Assembly (NCBI GenBank): GCA_013239625.1
Contig: MU053881.1
Span: forward strand, 14,188,373-14,252,372
Length of the DNA stretch: 64,000 nt
Source of the DNA: Lama guanicoe
Taxonomy: Eukaryota
Direction of reading: 5' to 3'
Numbering within the stretch: position 1 is the first letter of the stretch; each line of letters begins with the position of its first letter. Below are positions 37,048 through 48,644 of this stretch, piece by piece. Position numbers and translations under genes: made by a program. The notes beneath the pieces were generated by a model. That model made no database searches, was not told the origin of the DNA, and saw only the letters and a list, made by a program, of their open reading frames with translations.

Positions 37048-37235
37048 ACCATCATCCACGGGCTGGTTCTCATAGGCAGTTTCCTGATGTACTTCGTGGT
37101 GTCCCTGGTGTACAACGCCACCTGCGTCACCTGCAACAGCCCCACCAATCCCTACTGGGTGATGGAAGACCAGCTCTCGGACCCCACCTTCTACCTCGTC
37201 TGCCTCCTTACACCGGTCGTGGCCCTTCTGCCAAG
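37048..37235 (+). CDS. ATP10B: ATP10B coding exon ([16 protein letters not shown]...[10 protein letters not shown]...TPVVALLPR), TM9-TM10
   Basis: Acceptor cctcccgcag|ACC; donor AAG|GTTTGA; 188 bp, phase 0 to 2. Confidence 0.94.
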
Positions 37236-39939
37236 GTTTGAGTGGGGCAGGGGGGCTGTTTTCTGCCTAGAACTACCACTCTCCTCTCAGTCTGTCGTTT
37301 TCAGGAGTCAGGAGTTTGGCTGGGATGCTTAAGGCTGTTGTTTCAAAGAGAGGGAGCTAGGACAGAAAGAACAACAATCTTAGAGGCAGACAGCACGGAC
37401 TCTGGTCCCAGGGCAGCCACAGAGCGGCGAAGTCACCCAGTCTGGCTCGGCCTCTGCTGTAACATCTGTAAAATGGGAGTACTGACTCCCCCTCCTGCCT
37501 TACAAATACTGTTGCGTCTAAGGAATCATCCTGGCAAGCTCTCTAGTCCTTTCTTCATTAGCCCAGAGGCCTCACACTCAAATGCCCGCAAGGACAGGTG
37601 AACAACTGAAGCAAACCAGGTGAAGCACAGACATTGGGAGAAGGGACTCCTCGGTTTCACACCATCACTACCACAAGGAAACATCAAGACTAGCATTCCA
37701 GAGCTTTAGATTTTCCCCAGAAATTCCAATTCTGCATGACATCGCCAACGTGTTAATATTACTCGAATTTGTTAAAACACACACACAGACACAGACATAT
37801 ACACACCCTATATTAGTCCCTGGTCATGAATCTGGCTATTTCTAACATTTGCAGCCGAAATCCTGTGCATTTGCCTTTTCCAGATAAATTTCAGCAACAT
37901 TAACAAAAGTCATGCCTGGCATTTCCCTGGAGCTCACTCTTGACTCGTGCTCGTCGGTCTAGCTCATTTGCTTTTGCAAAACCACCTAGAAGTTAGGCAG
38001 AGCCGTGGTTGTAGCCCCACTTGCTTGTGGGACAGCTCAAGTCCCAGCAGGGACCAGAACGTGCCCAGCAGACCACCACAGGTCACAGTGGGAGCTGGAC
38101 CCCCCAACCCAGAGGCCGGTGCCCCGCCCGCCAGCCCGCACGCTCTGGTCACAATAATCGCTGAGCTTAAGGATGACGTGCCCCGAGGTGAGGCTCAGCC
38201 CCTCTGCATCCTCAGATCTCACCTCCCTGAGCACTGAAATTCGGCCACTTTATCATTATAAGCTGTAGTCACCAGGCCATCGCAACACTGTGTAGACCTT
38301 TTCCTAAACCAAAATTAGGCGGAGGGTCATTAGCAGGTGTTGCTTCCTATAAATAAGTTAGGCGGTTGGGTCTCCGTTTCTTCTTTCTAAGCCGTCTCAG
38401 GGCCCTGACGTCGGGAGCAGAGTTCAGAGGCTGAGGATACCAGGAGGACAGATGCTACTGTCGGCTTCACAAATGCTGGTTGAGTTCTCAGTATGCGCTG
38501 CGTACACAGCCTCCCTGCTTGCTCTCCTCCTCTGCCCGCTCCCTGCCTCAGACTCTGGGCTCCGCACCACCAAGCTTCCTCCGTTTCCCTCAAGGCTCCA
38601 TGTCCTCTCACCCTCCCACCTTTGGACATGCTGTTCCTTCTGTTCCAAGTGCCCTTCCGGTTACGGAACCTCTCACCCTTTGACAGCACTGCAGGCGTGA
38701 CCAGTTCCAGAAACCTGCTGTGACTTCACCTAATGCCCTCGGGCTGAAGCAGATCCGCTCTCTCTGCTGTGTTCCCATTACCCGGTCTGTCTGTCTCTCC
38801 CTTTACCCTCCTTAGTATCTGTTTTATCTCTTTGTCTTGGTCTGACCATTAAGTCCTGGGAAGACGGTATCCTTCTTATCAGCATATACCCCACCCCCAG
38901 CATAGTTCCGTCACGTAGCAAATGATACTAAAGAAACAGATGAATAAGACAGGGCCCTTGCTCTCAAGAAGCCTGACATCCCACAGACAATTCAGACATA
39001 AGCCTGACCACAATACAGGTGGAAGTCTAGTATTAATAAAGGACCTCAAGACTTGAGAGTGAGAAGCAATTAAGCCCAGCCTCAGAGGACACACTTGCCA
39101 CCCCACCCTTTCATCGGCCCAGCCTCTTGGGAGACGGACTTTGGAAGAGACCACGAAGACCATGCCCTCATTGGAAAAGGGCGTCAAATAAGTCAGTTAA
39201 ATATTTTCATCTACAATCTGGGGGTTAAACACGGTTGTGATCACCTCTAACCAAGGACTGACCTCCTCCATTCTGTGTCTTATTTGAGGCATGGAAATAA
39301 CATCAGCCCCCATATTCTTTGCCTTACCTTTGGCTCGAAGACACACTTGGAGCCAAAGGCTACCAACGTGATGAAGACAATATGTTCTTGAAAAAGACAA
39401 GCACTCCACACTACAGCTTGTTAAACAGATGAGGGACCAATTAGGGAGAAGCTAGCAAATATTTTCTTGCCAGTTACCATAGCCTGCAAGTTCAATCTTT
39501 GCTTATTCTATATAATTATTATAAACTTGAATTTCTCTTTCATTCTGTTTACTAGGAAAGAGATTTCCTTTGACAGAGAAAGGATTATTTTAATAGCCCC
39601 AAGGACTGTTGACTTGTAACCCTGGGACAATTAATTTTTTGTTACAGGACTCTATAGGAGAGAATGTTTGCTGTAGAAAACTGTATTTGTTCACTTAAAA
39701 CTGTTTCCTGCATTTATAATAGAGATTGATTTCACTCACCAAGCTGGTGATAATTAGCCACTAACCGTGACCTCACTAATCTCGGTCTAATTAATTCAAC
39801 CAGTGTGAAAGAACTGTATGCATTCTCTTAAACTGAGAGCAAGTAAGTTTCTTTCGTTTTATCTGTAAAATAACTAACATACAAAGTTTAAAACACAATG
39901 CAGCCCCGTAATGAGCTGCAACAGAAGGTACCAGCCCTC

Positions 39940-40865
39940 GGACGCTCTTCCCTTGGCTTCAGTAACACAACACTCGGGTTCTCTGCTGCCCCTTCTTTGT
40001 TCCCTTTGCTAGCTCATGTCTGTCACACGCTGTATGTCAAGCCCTCATCCTAGGTTGTCTTGCAACTTTAATTCTCTCTAGAGACTTAGCAACCACTATC
40101 GTGAAGTTAAGTATCCTTTGTAACAGATGAATCTCCAACATCAACTCCCAGCCCAGATCTTTCTTCTGAATCCCAGGTGCCTCTTTCTAGCCGCCTCTTC
40201 ATCGCCCGCACTGGGCATGCGAAGTCTGAGGGAGGTGGGAGACATCTGCAGCTCCGTGATCCACCACCACCCCAGAAACCTGAACCTCCTCCAGAGTCCC
40301 TCTCATCCAGTGTCACCCACTGGGGACCAAGGCAGGCCCACAACAGTTATCCCTGATACCACCCGCCACCACAAGACCCTATCAAGTTTTATCTGCTACC
40401 TAGTTCTCAAATCCCCCACCATTTCTGTTTCTACAACCATCACCATGGATAGGTTACAATTCCTTTCATCCCAAATTGCTTCAGAAGTCTCCTATCGGGT
40501 TTTACTCTCCTTCATTATAATTGGGTCAAAGTGTAATCATGTCATCTTTACAACTTTCCAAGCGTTTCCCAAGGCCTTTACAATAATCCACAAAAACTAA
40601 AACATCCCTCACAGTCCCTGCCACCTTCTGTGTCATATCTGCCCACCATCATGCTGAGGATCTGGTTCTCACCCCCTCTTCACCCAGCTCCCTCCGGTGC
40701 GTCCTCAGTCCTCAGCTTTCATGTTTCCTCGCCAAGAAGGGTCTCTCGCATCAGGCCAGGTGTTTGGCCCTCTCACTGCTCTCTTGGCCTCTAACTCTAT
40801 TCCTGTGCTATGGGGCCCTGGGCCATTGTAGGGACTGGACAAATATTTGTTGACTAAACGGACAG
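39940..40865 (+). mobile_element. L2 fragment
   Basis: Pyrimidine-rich L2-like body ending in acaaatatttgttgactaa; edges approximate. Confidence 0.6.
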
Positions 40866-42054
40866 AGAAGGGTAGCTTAGAGGAAGGTTTAAACTGAGAA
40901 GAGTCTGGTTTCCGGGCAAGACGTTGAGTCTTCCCTCAAACACGTATGCGTGGCCACCTGTACTGCCGCCCCGGGTAACATAAGCGCGAGTGGGGGAAGG
41001 TCTCTGATCTGTAGGATCTGCTGTAGTCTTCACACTGTGGGGTCATCCTGAAGCTTCTAGAAATAGTGGAAGGATGGGAGCCTCTCTGCTTTTAAGGCTT
41101 TGAAAATAAAATTTTTTCAAGGATTATTTTTTTTAAAAGAACTTAGATGTCCACTGGGCCAACTGCATTACTTTTTAGATAATCTGAAACCCAGAGAGGG
41201 GTATGAGTTGCCCAGTATCACAAGACGGTGTATGTCTTCTCCATCAATCATGGAGTTTTTGTCACGTCCTTACCCCTTCGCTCCCTAAACTTGAAACAGG
41301 TAAAAGGTTCTTGGCACAGATAGAGACTCCCAATTCCAGAGTCCACTGCAGGCGACACACAGCTTGGCAGGGGAAAGGAACCCTGAATTAGCCATCAGGG
41401 AACTCTATTAACTTCTCAGGAGACCCCCAGGAAGCCCACCTCATCACTTGGGACCTCAGTATCTTCATCTGGCAAACAGGGACATAACACAGTGATGCTC
41501 TGAAGTCAGTGCCACACATGGACTCAAGAAAAGAATGTGCATTGGGAAAACCACTTAAAAATTATTGTCCACAAAGAGTTGTCATGACAAAGCAAGTAAC
41601 TGTGCCTAAATTCCAATAGCCCAGAAATAGAATGGGCTGCCTCACGCATGGTAGGTAAGAGAAAAGCCTCAGAACCCAGAGCACGTGGCTGTGACCACAG
41701 CTTGACCACTGTGTGTGGCTCTAGACAAACCACTGATCACCTCTCGGTACCGCCAATTCCGTGCCTGTACACAGGGCGAAACAAAAGGACAGCAGCACGA
41801 GACTGGGGCGAGGATAATATGAGTTAATAGTACGTAAAGCTCTTGGAATAGGTCTGGTACATCCTAAATGCCAGCTGTTACATTCTGTTGTTGGACCCCC
41901 TGAACCAGTGGTGCCCAGGCGTGGATGTGATCCATCAGCCCAGAGAGCAGCAGAGAGGAGCTTTCCCTGGGTGGGGAGTCGGGTTCTTTCAATGCTGAAA
42001 TTCAAGAGGTCAACCAAAGTCAGAAAATACCTTCGTTCTGTCGTTTCCCACCAG

Positions 42055-42496
42055 GTACTTCTTCCTGTCTCTGCAAGGGACATACGGGAAATCTCCGATC
42101 TTAAGAGCTCAGAAAATTGACAAACTCCCCATGGACAAAAGAGACCTGGAAATCCAGAGCTGGAGAAGCAGGCAGAGGCCTGTCAGTGTCCCCGAAGAAG
42201 CCCGGTCTACCCACTGTCCAGTGCCCCCTGTCCCCAGAGCCAGCACCCCGAAGAGCTCTCGCCCTACCAAGCGGGACTGGGTGCTGCCTGGGGAGAGAGG
42301 CAGCAGGGACCACATCAAGGATGACCCATGCTCAGGGGACTCCTCAGTTACATTCTCGCCTGGGGAGCACCTTCTTCTGGACCCTCACAGGATGGTGGCG
42401 TCCGGAGCCTACTCAGGTGGACAGACTAACGCCAACTGGCCCTTGAGCCGAGGCAGCCACCGCCGGTCCCAGAGTTCCCCGCCCCTGACCGTATGA
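42055..42496 (+). CDS. ATP10B: ATP10B terminal coding exon (YFFLSLQGTYGKSPILRAQKIDKLPMDKRDLEIQSWRSRQRP...SHRRSQSSPPLTV*)
   Basis: Acceptor tttcccaccag|G; completes the phase-2 Arg codon; in frame with ORF 42131..42496; stop TGA at 42494-42496. Confidence 0.94.
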
Positions 42497-43256
42497 GGGG
42501 CGCGCGGAGATCTGTGCAAACTCAGAGGCGGCCGCCCCACCCCGGGCGGGGCTTCATTAACCGTGACTCTTCCTCTTCATGGAGGAAAGAGCGGGCCAGG
42601 CTTCCTCCCCACCAGGCTTGGCTTCCACAGAGGAAGTGCTGGCCCCATGGGGTGTGACAAAATGGACTGGAAACCAGCTGACCTCTAATTCTGCTGCTGC
42701 CAGGCAGCATGTCTTGCCAACAACAGAGTTGTTTTTTAACAAGGAGGCTCTGTTTCTATTGCATTGAGTTTTTTTTTTTAATTTTTTAGCCCAGAAACAT
42801 TCTTTGCCCCTCTAGACAAGCACATACCACAGCCCAGTGCCACTGGGCCGTCAGTTTCCAAGATTCCAAGAAATGCATCAACCCAGCTGCTATCTCAAGA
42901 TACGGAAGCTTCCGGGCATGTCAGACCATCACCTCGCCGCCCGGTGCCCAAAGTTAAAAGTCTCAGAAGCGTCCCCCACACACAAGTGTTTCATCTCAAG
43001 CAGACGGCAGTGATGGGCATGTCGGGGTCAGCATCCCTTCCATTCTGAGTTGGGTCTGCTCTAGCCAAAGAAAACCATGTCTAAAGATTAAAACTAGACA
43101 TGAGCTCATTGCCACAGACACTTCTGAGGGCCGTGGAAGCAGAAGGAACACAGGCGTGGGAAAAGGAACGTGCTTCAGCTAGTGAGCCTCACGGCCCGTG
43201 GTCTGGGCACGCAGGCCGAGCAGCTCTCTCTTCCTAAAGATATTTATTAATTTTTA

Positions 43257-43262
43257 AATAAA
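43257..43262 (+). terminator. Possible proximal polyadenylation signal AATAAA
   Basis: tatttattaatttttaAATAAAagta in an AU-rich context about 760 nt after the stop. Confidence 0.35.
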
Positions 43263-43266
43263 AGTA

Positions 43267-43676
43267 TAGGTATCCCCCACTTTTCAGAAATTTGCCTTAC
43301 GCCATTTCACTTTTACGACTTACCTGGGTGCTGGTTTTTGCTAACCAAAAGACATCCAAAGAGGATTTTTGCTTTTACCAAAAACAAACAAACAAAAAGT
43401 GAGGCACAAAAGCAGCCTTCAGCATTTGTTTCGCAGGCGCCCTCCCCCTCCCCCAGCGGCACCCCGAGGCTCCTTCCAGGGCAGCTGCACCTGGCAGCTG
43501 AGAACCGAACCGCCGTGGCTGCAAACTGCGTCTGAGCGCCTGTGCTGCCTCTGGATTTATTTTGTGCGTCCCTTAGTGAGACGTCTCCTGAGGCAGCTGC
43601 TTCTCTGCTTTACGCCTTTTCAGCTTAACGAAAACGTTCACAGCCACACTGCGCTTTCAGCTAGCAGGGGAACCTG
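43267..43676. mobile_element. Non-autonomous TcMar-Tigger element inside the 3' UTR
   Basis: Imperfect TIRs (TAGGTATCCCCCAC... / ...GCAGGGGAACCTG) flanked by TA and TG; subterminal ttacgcca/ttacgcct repeats. Confidence 0.65.
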
Positions 43677-44845
43677 TGCCGTCCTGGGTCAGCTCCCCGC
43701 ACAGGAAAACGCGGGGACCGGATCTTTACACAACTGCACCTGAAGAGATGACCTACACGACAGAGCGACCCTGAACCCAAACAACGGCGTCTGAAAGGGG
43801 GGGAGGAATGTTAAACCCAGTGCGTTAAGCCTGTCCCGGAAGATCACATGCTTGAGATGAATGAGGGAGAGTGAGAGGGCGCCTCACTTCACAGGGAGCA
43901 GGGTTGCTCAGACTCCTTATCCCCAGAGGTCGTAAATGCCAAAAATGTAAGAGCTCACAACAGTGCTGGAAAAAAAGAATGGATGACAACACGCCGTCAA
44001 GAGAAGCGAGGTCCCCTGTGGGCAAGGGTAGCCTGTCCCTAGTCTTTTAAGATAAGTCAGGGAGGACGACTGAGTCCTCCCTCCTTAAGGTGCTGCTGCT
44101 ACATATTAGGGGAAAAGTACAGGGATGGATACAAGTGTGGCAAGTCCCAGCCACCACTGACATCACTTGAGTAACTCCCAGCAAATGTGCCCCCAAAACA
44201 GCTCAACAATCAAGTTGGCACGTGGCAGACTGAGCTGGTCCTCTGACCATCCTGCTGGCAAACCTGCACTGGGCCATCCGGGGCATCGCCCTAGAGTCAA
44301 TCCCCTGGACCTCTCTGGCTGACCCTGCCACAGAGTGATGCCAGCGCTGGCCGGCTGGTGGGTGTTCAGGGGAGCCCGACGTGAGGACCACGCGAGGAGG
44401 AGCAGGTAAACAAATCGGGCACAGCAGTAATTATATAAATTGTCCCAAATGAAGGGATTGACCCAAAGCTTCGATCTCAGGGTCATTCCTTCCCCCCTAT
44501 GATTCCCCCCCACTCCTAAAAGCCAGATGAGACCAGTAGGAGGTTTCAGAAGAGAACGGAGTAGAGGGAAGAACTCTGGCCGCAGGAGATCGGGCTGTGA
44601 GCCTTTTCTCTGCCCCGCACGCTCTAGGAGCCAGGAGCACCTACGTGGGTTGCCACACCTGCGTATTAGGTGTGGCCTGCCCCATCTCCCAGGCTTGGCA
44701 GGAGGATGTTAACGCCCTCGACAGTAACCCGGGGATTTTTATTTCAGAGCTAAGAGGGACTGAGGTGATGGGAAGCTGAGAAAATATCTGACCCCGGTAC
44801 CTTAATGCCAAACCCGACCCAACACTGTGCTGCTGCCCTCTCTCC

Positions 44846-44955
44846 TGCGTGACCAGCCCTCCAGTTTGCCTGGGGTTTTCCCAGTCTTAGCACAGAAAGC
44901 CCCACATCCCGGGAAGGTCCTCAGTCCTGGGCCAGCCAGGCCAGCTGGTCACCTC
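44846..44955. mobile_element. MER81 (hAT-Blackjack) MITE inside the 3' UTR
   Basis: gtgaccagccctccagtttgcctgggg...ttagcacagaaagcccc...cctcagtcctggg...ctggtcacc with inverted ends; closely matches MER81 as recalled. Confidence 0.75.
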
Positions 44956-45134
44956 CTCTTGTCCTTCCTTGAAAATCAAACCAACTGTGACCGTCCAAGT
45001 GCCATCTTAGGGGAAAAGGTTATTACAACTATTTCCCTGTAACCTTATGCTAATGATGATATTTAATACATTTTTATACATTCATGACCTTTTAGGAATT
45101 ACCTGGAAATGGATTACCCTTTATTAGAAGAAAA

Positions 45135-45140
45135 AATAAA
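45135..45140 (+). terminator. Polyadenylation signal AATAAA (probable main ATP10B site)
   Basis: gaaaaAATAAAcatggttttcca with U-rich upstream and GT/T-containing downstream sequence. Confidence 0.65.
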
Positions 45141-45509
45141 CATGGTTTTCCACTGTCGCCTGCAGTTTTGAATATTCTTATCCATCCATCCATCTTTGCA
45201 TTCACTCGTTCGTTCGTCCACCCATCCATCCATCTATCTTTCCAGTAAACTTCTGCTGGCCCCTGCTAGACGCCTGGCAGTGTGCGTGGGGCTGTGGGGA
45301 GGTCGGTCCCTTCTTAAAGCAGCTCAGAGCCTTGTGGGACTTAGAGCATCAGGAATATATCTGATCCAATGTAAGCGTGTGGCACAAACCGAAATGGCTG
45401 TTAGACGCAACATACATAGTCCTCTCTCTCTGAAACTCTCACCTGCATACGCCCCTCTTCCTGGAGGCCTGACTCCAACCTCACACCCATTCATTAGATG
45501 CCTCTCTCC

Positions 45510-45930
45510 ATTCACTCATTCAGCAAACATCAAGTGAGCGCCTGCCATACACAGCACTGTGGTGGGCAACACGCATGAAAGCCCAGGGCCTGCCCACAAG
45601 GGATTTACAGTCTAGGAAGGGAGACAGACGCTACGCAAGGAAATCAATAAATGTGATCACAGCACACAATGAAAGGAAGCAAGGGTGGAGAGGAAGGGAG
45701 GTGGGTGGCTCCCAGGGTAATCAGGGAAGGCGTCTCCAAGGAGAAGACATTTCAGCTGAGACCCTAACCATGAAAACAAGTCCTCAGGGACGGACCGTTG
45801 CAAATGGAGAGAATTAAGTATGAAAGCCTTGAAAAAGAGATTTCGGTGTATTCAAAAGAAGAAGAAGAAAGGGAGTTAGTGCGACTAGAGCGCAATAAGC
45901 AAAAGGAAGTCTGTGATGCTGTGAGGAGGA
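45510..45930 (-). mobile_element. L2 fragment
   Basis: cattcactcattcagcaaacatcaagtgagcgcctgcc (reverse L2 3' end) followed by L2-like body. Confidence 0.6.
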
Positions 45931-46014
45931 ACAACTGTATTCGCTAATTCTGCGCTAGGCGCTGATCTAAGTTCACACTGTCCTTAAACCTCACCGAACC
46001 CTTCAAGGCAGGTA

Positions 46015-46483
46015 CAGCAGTCCACTCCCCTTACGCTGGAGGATTATGTTCAGGACCCCCAGTGGGTGCCTGAAACCACAGATAACACATACACGCCTAT
46101 GGTGAAATGTACAAATTAGGCACAGTGACAGGACACCCAGATTGCTGGCCTCACTGCTCTTGCACTTTGGGGCCACCACTAAGTAAAATAAGGGTGACTT
46201 GAACACAAGCTCTACGCTGTCGAGACAGCCAGCGTGATAACTGAGCCGGCTGTCACGTGCCCAACGGAGGCAGCACACAGAGCGTGGACACACTAGACAA
46301 AGGGACGATTCACGTCCCAGGTGGGACGGCACAAGATTTCATCAAGCTACTCAGAACACCATGCAATTTAAAACTTACGAGTGGTTGATTTCTAGAATTT
46401 TCCATTTAGTATTTTTGGACCACTGCTGATCAGGGGGAACTGAAACCATGGAAAGCAAAACCACAGGTAAGGGGGGGCTGGTG
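46015..46483. mobile_element. MER44/Tigger7-family DNA transposon
   Basis: TA-flanked; cagcagtcc...ccttac...gacccccagtgggtgcctgaaacc...aagtaaaataagggtgacttgaacacaagc...gaaagcaaaaccacaggtaagggggggctggtg. Confidence 0.8.
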
Positions 46484-46499
46484 TACTATTTTTCTCCCC

Positions 46500-46850
46500 T
46501 ATTTTAGTTAGCTTCAACCACATAACAAACCACCCCCAAAACGGAGTGGATTAACACCACAGTTTTTCAGTACTCACAGTGCTGGGAGTGGGCAGCCTGG
46601 GCTGGGTGGCTGGGATCTCCTTCCACCAGTTTCATCCTCAGTGACGTCAGCTGGCCTTGTCACACGGCAGCAATGTTCTGAGAAAACAGATGTTGCAAAG
46701 CCTCTTAACACCCAGGCTCAGAACTCACGCATCGTTGCCACCACATTCTTGTGGAAGCAAGTCACCAGGCCAGCCCGGTTTGAAGGAGGTGGGAAAACAT
46801 ACTCCACCTTTCGTGGGAGTTGCTGCAAAGAAAGCTGAGCTCCTATATAA
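46500..46850 (-). mobile_element. ERVL-MaLR (MLT1-like) LTR remnant
   Basis: ataacaaaccacccccaaaac...agtgg...ctcacag...gggctggg...aagcaagtcaccaggccagccc pattern. Confidence 0.55.
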
Positions 46851-47522
46851 CCTGCTTCATCCCACTGACAGAGGGGAGAAACCGAGGCAGAGAAAGCATC
46901 CATAAGCGTGGCACAGTCGCACAGCTAACAAGTGGGGAGGCCACATTCCAATCCCGGGGGTCGCAAACCAGAGCCTGCACTCTTAGCCACAGAGCTGGGC
47001 AACTGTGAGATGGGGCCGGAGGGGCAGGTAGGGACCAGATGACAGAGGGCCTTGTCACCTACCTGGACAGTCTCTTGAGAGACATAGGAGCTGGGTGCCC
47101 AGCCAGCCTGGGCCCCACCCCCAGCCGTCACAGCCTAGCAATGTGCCCTGCGGAAAGACCACACCATGTTCCACTGGGTTCAGTAAGACAGACAGACACC
47201 AGCACCTAAGGAGAATGCGTGCCTGCGCTGTCCTAAAACATCTCCCCCAGAGCTGACCACCCTGCCGGGTCTTTCCATTCTGCACAGAGAACCCCCAGAA
47301 GAAATCAGTAACACAGGAGCGAATTCTTCCAGGTAACCAACCAACACGTCCCCAGGGCATCAGGGGCCCAGGCAGGGTTCCAAGGATGAAGGAGGTGGGG
47401 CTGGGGGCCGGGGCTGGGGCTGCGCCCGCCCGGAGGAAAGCGCCAGCCCCAACTTTACAACCCGACCAGAGGTGAGGACTCAGGCATTTTTCCGAGGAGA
47501 GCCTTTCTGTTCAAAGGCGTGC

Positions 47523-47541
47523 TGGCGCCACCTAGTGTCTA
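47523..47541 (-). promoter_or_regulatory. CTCF-like binding site
   Basis: Minus strand reads AGACACTAGGTGGCGCCA, close to the core consensus CCACYAGGKGGCGC, in a GC/CpG-enriched patch. Confidence 0.6.
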
Positions 47542-47871
47542 GCGTCGGTGTTGGAGCTGCTGCACCTGAGGGTTCTTCCTGCGGCGGGAGCGGGGCAAAC
47601 AGGGCGGAGAGGGATCATAGCCAGGAGCAGGGAGGCCAAATTTCAACTCCGGCTCTGCCCACGGTTTCTGCTATGACTCTGGACACATTTCTTCCCCAGG
47701 TTTCAACCTCAAACTGAGGGTCACTCAGTTTCCCCAAATGCTCCAGGTAGGAAATGGACTGGTTCTACTACTCTGTGATTCTAAGGGCTACTTTGGGGAG
47801 GCTGGTTACAGCTTAGGAACGACCCCCAGGAAATCGATTTACTAGCTGTGCAGTTGTTTGATTCTTGGGCA

Positions 47872-47931
47872 TGCACGCACAGGCACACACACACATATGC
47901 ACGCGCACACACACATATGCACACACACATA
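47872..47931. repeat. Imperfect (CA)n / alternating purine-pyrimidine repeat
   Basis: tgcacgcacaggcacacacacacatatgcacgcgcacacacacatatgcacacacacata. Confidence 0.85.
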
Positions 47932-48226
47932 CAAGATCTTGTTCTCTGTTGTGTTCCCAGTGCGCGGCACATGGCAGCCCTGAAGAACTCTTGCTATTGA
48001 AGAAAATCATGGATGAGGCTGGTCTCAGAGGGAGCATAGAAGTCAGGAAGGAAGCAATTCTATTTGGGAAGATAATGGACCCCCCCCCCAAGCCTCCTGG
48101 AGGCTTTTTCTAGATCGGGAGATAATTAAGGAATTGGCAACACCTAAAGAGGGGGCCGGGGCAGCTATCAGGAGGGAGCCTGAGCTAGGATGCCTCTCCC
48201 TCATACAGACTGTGAGCTCACTCTTG

Positions 48227-48644
48227 GTGAAGTAAGCCAGAAAGAGAAAAATACCATATGATATCACTCATATGTGCAATCTAAAAAAAGCAAAGAAAAA
48301 AGAGGACACTAATGAACTCATCTATAAAACAGAACAGACTCACAGACATAGTAAACAATCATATGGTTACCAGGGGAAAGGGGATGGGAAAGGATAAATT
48401 GGGGAGTATGAGATTTGCAAATGTTAGCCACTATATATAAAAATAGATTAAAAAAACAAGTTTCTTCTGTATAGCACAGGGAACTGTATTCAATATCTTG
48501 TAATAACCTTTAATGAAAAAGAATATGAAAACGAATATATCTATGGATATGCACGACTGGCACATTGTGCTGAGCACCAGAAATTGACACATTGCAACTG
48601 ACCGTACTTCAATTTAAAAAAAAACAAAAACAAAAACAAAAAAA
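48227..48644 (+). mobile_element. L1 3' end (standard 3' UTR)
   Basis: gtgaagtaagccagaaagag...acagactcacagacatag...tacttcaa followed by an (A)n/(CAAAAA)n tail. Confidence 0.85.

Larger units (their letters stand above)
1..45152 (+). other. ATP10B: ATP10B gene, 3' portion (last 11 coding exons, introns and 3' UTR; 5' part lies upstream of the window)
   Basis: Eleven exons with GT-AG boundaries and compatible phases join into one ORF with P4-ATPase motifs ([50 protein letters not shown]). The linker (ETCESILN...QKPDRK) and C-tail (QSWRSRQRP...SHRRSQSS) match my recollection of ATP10B rather than ATP10A/D. Confidence 0.95.
42497..45152 (+). other. ATP10B: ATP10B 3' UTR (to the probable distal poly(A) site)
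   Basis: Follows the stop codon; AT-rich block at 45040-45130 then AATAAA at 45135 and a CA about 11 nt later. The end position is inferred. Confidence 0.65.

Noticed and set aside
1145..42496. ATP10B pseudogenisation or gene loss
   Set aside because: All 11 exons keep GT-AG boundaries, compatible phases and catalytic motifs, with no stop before 42494.
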